A program made the translations under genes and the position numbers. Source: Rhizaria sp. SCN 62-66 (lineage: Eukaryota). From it: a stretch of DNA of 56,552 nt. The notes below the pieces were generated by a model, which saw only the letters and a list, made by a program, of their open reading frames with translations, was not told where the DNA came from and did no database searches. Positions 54,301 to 56,552 of the stretch are shown piece after piece. Where the stretch lies: NCBI GenBank assembly GCA_001724265.1, contig MEDY01000174.1, forward strand, positions 1 through 56,552, in the 5' to 3' direction. Position 1 is the stretch's first letter. Every line of letters begins with the position of its first letter.

Positions 54301-54475
54301 CGACGACCTGCTGCTGCTGTACGCGGCGCGCCACTCGCGCGTCGTCGACAAGTACAAGGGCGTGGCTGCCGAGAACGTGCTTGCGGTCTGGCGCTCCTCG
54401 GTCGCCGCCGCGCAGGCCGGCAGCGGCACTGCCGCTAAGACAGACAGGGCGCACGACGCCTCAGACAGCAAGTGA
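51380..54475 (+). CDS. DTWD1: DTW-domain tRNA aminocarboxypropyltransferase (DTWD1-like) with long N-terminal extension
   Basis: RSRC...HLYCPECRVP, VHHWQEKLTKSTGLH, VLYPSADA, LVLLEATWQKA, TFWRHQ...YLATVEAAYY, FDDLLLLY, matching the DTWD1 motif order as I recall it. Probable 5'UTR intron (GTATGT at about 51199 to TAG at about 51375). Ends TGA. Confidence 0.8.
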   Translation: MSDSSAPAAERLSAEELRAEQALTGRRIPNPPPHAHPQDMVDVLFPHYRAALGRPARSRRNLLLASASGPQMAPFVLTKGLVASLLAGAERIIDSLPPKSAASAAEPTQNTEQTTSTRPDDFATESAPESSASAADAAASSSSSASSTAAAPAASSSKAANVALKTAGRTAAAQAGRWLSKADWVPGTVSWPRAAWLALALRSACHDTHPRAPPPPRADAPGAVDLRQAVVFVSDEVAAACAVTGEDAVAKAAGTAWSCDDLVVIPTPTAPTAPAAAAAAATAAHAATGSAAETTETAAADATADATTPVTAAVAAVVVADAAAEPAVSVPLAPAPPASWTEWASLYNSVPGRLVIAVTETVRAPRGWLLLHPAVSACALPDARAVRALLPALCARARALLLAEPYVPDCAPARAALPPPPAIATAGTAGVPLALAGLGAAVGPATQAAQDAFARASERSWVHAETMDAASASTRAAADADAAASAASAAQGEAAAAALAARDVSDHGNAHNNSSSEGGAFAKFRFALPPAMLTRLSRSRCPNPRGACPFGAKPVHLYCPECRVPALPPAELTPLLEAAQAEAEAESSSSNGSSAANTIPHSSAETEEEESAVAAGDRKRRRVASSDDPTTTAAPAPASASARSASETATPAGLSGLQQELWPHRRALLRLFGPARAAGAAPAPLLGPRALPVCVTLVHHWQEKLTKSTGLHGCVLAPAQCELNAHPEEVPPFDPATTVVLYPSADACAIDDDLNPVSVADNSADSKNASAPVAEAASASSASAPVAMDDDDNKDGDKESGAKDDGAADDNLLQRSHGYAGLRAPVVQMTQQARGTTVDWGRVTRLVLLEATWQKAPGMILHPHLRDLPRVKLAPRVSTFWRHQELGAAYLATVEAAYYACVEVHERRLRDAARANSHNDAAVIAAAAAAAAATADADAAAAATVSSAGAGVGATVHPAARADTAVATQYRGQFDDLLLLYAARHSRVVDKYKGVAAENVLAVWRSSVAAAQAGSGTAAKTDRAHDASDSK

Positions 54476-54767
54476 ACACGCTGTGCAAGTGAATAAGCGA
54501 GAGTTGCGAATTGTTCATGTATTCTATCTGTGAAGCTGGCCATTGTTTACAAAGTCACACTAACTTTCTTTTAATTAGCCTCATATAACAAACCTAATAA
54601 AGTTCAATAAATAATTCTGATTCCACATTTAAATATTGCCATCTCTTGCGCAAGACTAGAAAGACCCCCACGCAGTTAGAACGGAACTGTGCGTCACCGG
54701 TCAATCCCAGACTGACCGTGACTGGTGACTGACTGACCCCGACCAACTGACTCACAGGCTCACGGTC

Positions 54768-56291
54768 TCATACGAGCGCGCGCGCGGCGCCGCCCGTGCC
54801 GCGGACGTCCCTGATCGCCTGCTCCAGCGCCTTGGCCTCCTGCTCGCGCCGCGACGCCTCCGCCTGCTGCGCCGGAGAGACCGAGCCCCAGATCGAGGTC
54901 GCCCTCGCCAGCGCGGCTTTGACCTCCACAGCGCGGGCGGCCTCGAGCACGGCCACGGCGCGCCGCAGCTCCGCGCGCGAGACCAAGGGCACGCCAGACG
55001 CGGCCGCGGAGGCCACGAGCGCGCCGCGGGGAGCCCCGCCAGCTCCGCGCGTGCCCGCCGCCTCCGCCTGCAACACTGCAGCGTCCGCAGTTGAATTCAC
55101 AGCAGCGGCGTCACCAGAGGAGGAAGTAGAAGAAGAAACGGCGTCTGCATTCGACGAAACACTCGCGCCCACGGCGCCTGCTGTGAACGGCGCGGCGGCG
55201 ACGGAGATGCCGGCGATGTCCGCGCGCATGTACGCGTAGAGCATGCTCTCGAACACCTGCGCAAGCGCCTGCACTGCGGTGTCCTCCCCGGCCTTGAGCA
55301 CCGCGCCGAACTGGGTCGCGACCGTGGTGTTGGTGTCCGGGGACAGCTCGGGGTGCTGCGCGGCGGCCAGCGAGAGCACGCCGGGCAGCGCGGCCGCCGC
55401 GGCAAGGCGGGGCCGCTCGAGCACGGCCGCGGCGACGGCGGCGGCGTCGCGCAGCGACAGCGTCGAGTAGGCCTCGCGCATAGGGACGGGAAACAGCAGG
55501 GGCGCGGCGGCGGAACTGGGGCCGACGTAGGGCGCCGACACCAGCGGCAGCAGCTGCGCCAGCAGCGGGGCCGTGGCGGGCGGCGGCGGCGGCGCGGCGC
55601 CAGCGGCGAGGGCGGCCTCGAACGCCGCCAGCGCGGGCAGGACCGAGGGGTCGAGCGAGTCGGGCGCGAACTCGGCGCACGCGGTGTCGAACGCGGCGGC
55701 CACGGCGGCGGGAGACGTCGTCGCGGAGACCTCGGGCGTGGCCAGCAACGCGGGAAAGTACTGCCACTGGAAGCCCATGCGGTCCTTATTTGCGTATAGA
55801 AGGAGGGCGGGGAGCGAGAGGCCGAGCGCGCCGCAGAGCACGATGAGAATGCGGAAGAAACGGATCCGTCGGCGGTGGCGCTCGGCAGCCTCGCGCTCCG
55901 CCGTCTCGCGCGCGAACAGCACGCGCTCCTGCTCTTCCGTCAGCACAGACTCGTCGCGGAAGAAGTGCTCGGGAACCGCGCCCGTGTCGTCGGCGATGAG
56001 CGACTCGGCCGAGACGGTGTTTTCGGCTAGTCGGCGCTCGCGCTCTGCCTTGGCCGCCGCCTGCGTCTCCTTCTCCTTCTTGGACATGCGGCCAAACAGC
56101 GAGCGCTGCGGTGCGCTGCAGACTGCGCGCGGGCCTGTAACAGCCGAGGCGGTAGCAGCTGTAGCAGCGGCAGAGCGAAGAGGGTGTGCGCAACTACTCA
56201 GGAAAGCACGGTTACTTGTTGTGAAACCGACAGGGAGGCTGCGCGGAACGGCTGCAGCTATCGCGCGCGCCAGGAGACGACGGGTAAACAT
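54768..56291 (-). CDS. Hypothetical protein with mitochondrial-presequence-like N-terminus and one TM helix
   Basis: ATG 56291: MFTRRLLARAIAAAVPRSL... (R/S/A-rich, no acidic residues for about 70 aa). TM FFRILIVLCGALGLSLPALLLY. Ala-rich remainder. Ends TGA. Confidence 0.7.
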   Translation of the reverse strand: MFTRRLLARAIAAAVPRSLPVGFTTSNRAFLSSCAHPLRSAAATAATASAVTGPRAVCSAPQRSLFGRMSKKEKETQAAAKAERERRLAENTVSAESLIADDTGAVPEHFFRDESVLTEEQERVLFARETAEREAAERHRRRIRFFRILIVLCGALGLSLPALLLYANKDRMGFQWQYFPALLATPEVSATTSPAAVAAAFDTACAEFAPDSLDPSVLPALAAFEAALAAGAAPPPPPATAPLLAQLLPLVSAPYVGPSSAAAPLLFPVPMREAYSTLSLRDAAAVAAAVLERPRLAAAAALPGVLSLAAAQHPELSPDTNTTVATQFGAVLKAGEDTAVQALAQVFESMLYAYMRADIAGISVAAAPFTAGAVGASVSSNADAVSSSTSSSGDAAAVNSTADAAVLQAEAAGTRGAGGAPRGALVASAAASGVPLVSRAELRRAVAVLEAARAVEVKAALARATSIWGSVSPAQQAEASRREQEAKALEQAIRDVRGTGGAARALV

Positions 56292-56552
56292 GCGTCCTAG
56301 CAATGTGGCTGTGTGAAGTGGTTGATGCCAGGAAGCGTTGCTCCGACGAAAGAGAGAGTGCGCTCTGAAAGCGACTGGAGCGAGAGAGACGACCACGGTG
56401 GCGAGTAGTGACGTTTCAAGAAAGTGAAATAAATCAGGATAAGATGACCGTCATGTTACGCGCGAGATTTTACATAAAGTGACTCTCTCACAGGAAATCC
56501 ACAGAGAAACGGCACCCAACGACCTCCCAAGCTCCCTTTATTAGGGTGGTGT

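Noticed and set aside
54706-54756. Cluster of CTGAC/GACT short repeats
   Set aside because: Degenerate simple-sequence repeat in a 3'UTR; no regular spacer structure, not CRISPR-like.
248-56316. Hundreds of overlapping or antisense ORFs (e.g. 24191..25618+, 34549..36462-, 42923..44611+, 19477..20979-)
   Set aside because: Shadow ORFs expected from very GC-rich coding DNA; no motifs, and each overlaps a better-supported gene.

Overview
Gene-dense nuclear DNA from a eukaryote, probably a flagellated protist; I cannot assign a taxon from sequence alone. Exons are GC-rich, while introns and intergenic spacers are short and AT-rich. I model 13 protein-coding genes: a THEG-like repeat protein, the meiotic helicase HFM1/MER3, IQCG/DRC9, IMP1 peptidase, a roughly 2570-codon F-box + RING-CH + multi-TM protein, MSH6, a YeeE/YedE transporter, a GDPD, VAP, an ACSBG-type acyl-CoA ligase, a giant intronless DEAH/RHA helicase (4554 aa), a DTWD1-like protein and an unknown, probably mitochondrial membrane protein. 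The most striking signal is that the F-box/RING-CH gene carries two in-frame TAG codons (14668-14670, inside the F-box LLxLPxEL motif, and 21809-21811) with coding sequence continuing in frame. None of the 13 genes ends in TAG (7 TAA, 6 TGA). This suggests UAG is being read as sense through a variant nuclear code, readthrough or editing; pseudogenisation, sequencing error or cryptic introns are not excluded. Intron donors are strongly GTACG rather than GTAAG. No RNA genes, mobile elements or CRISPR arrays were recognised.
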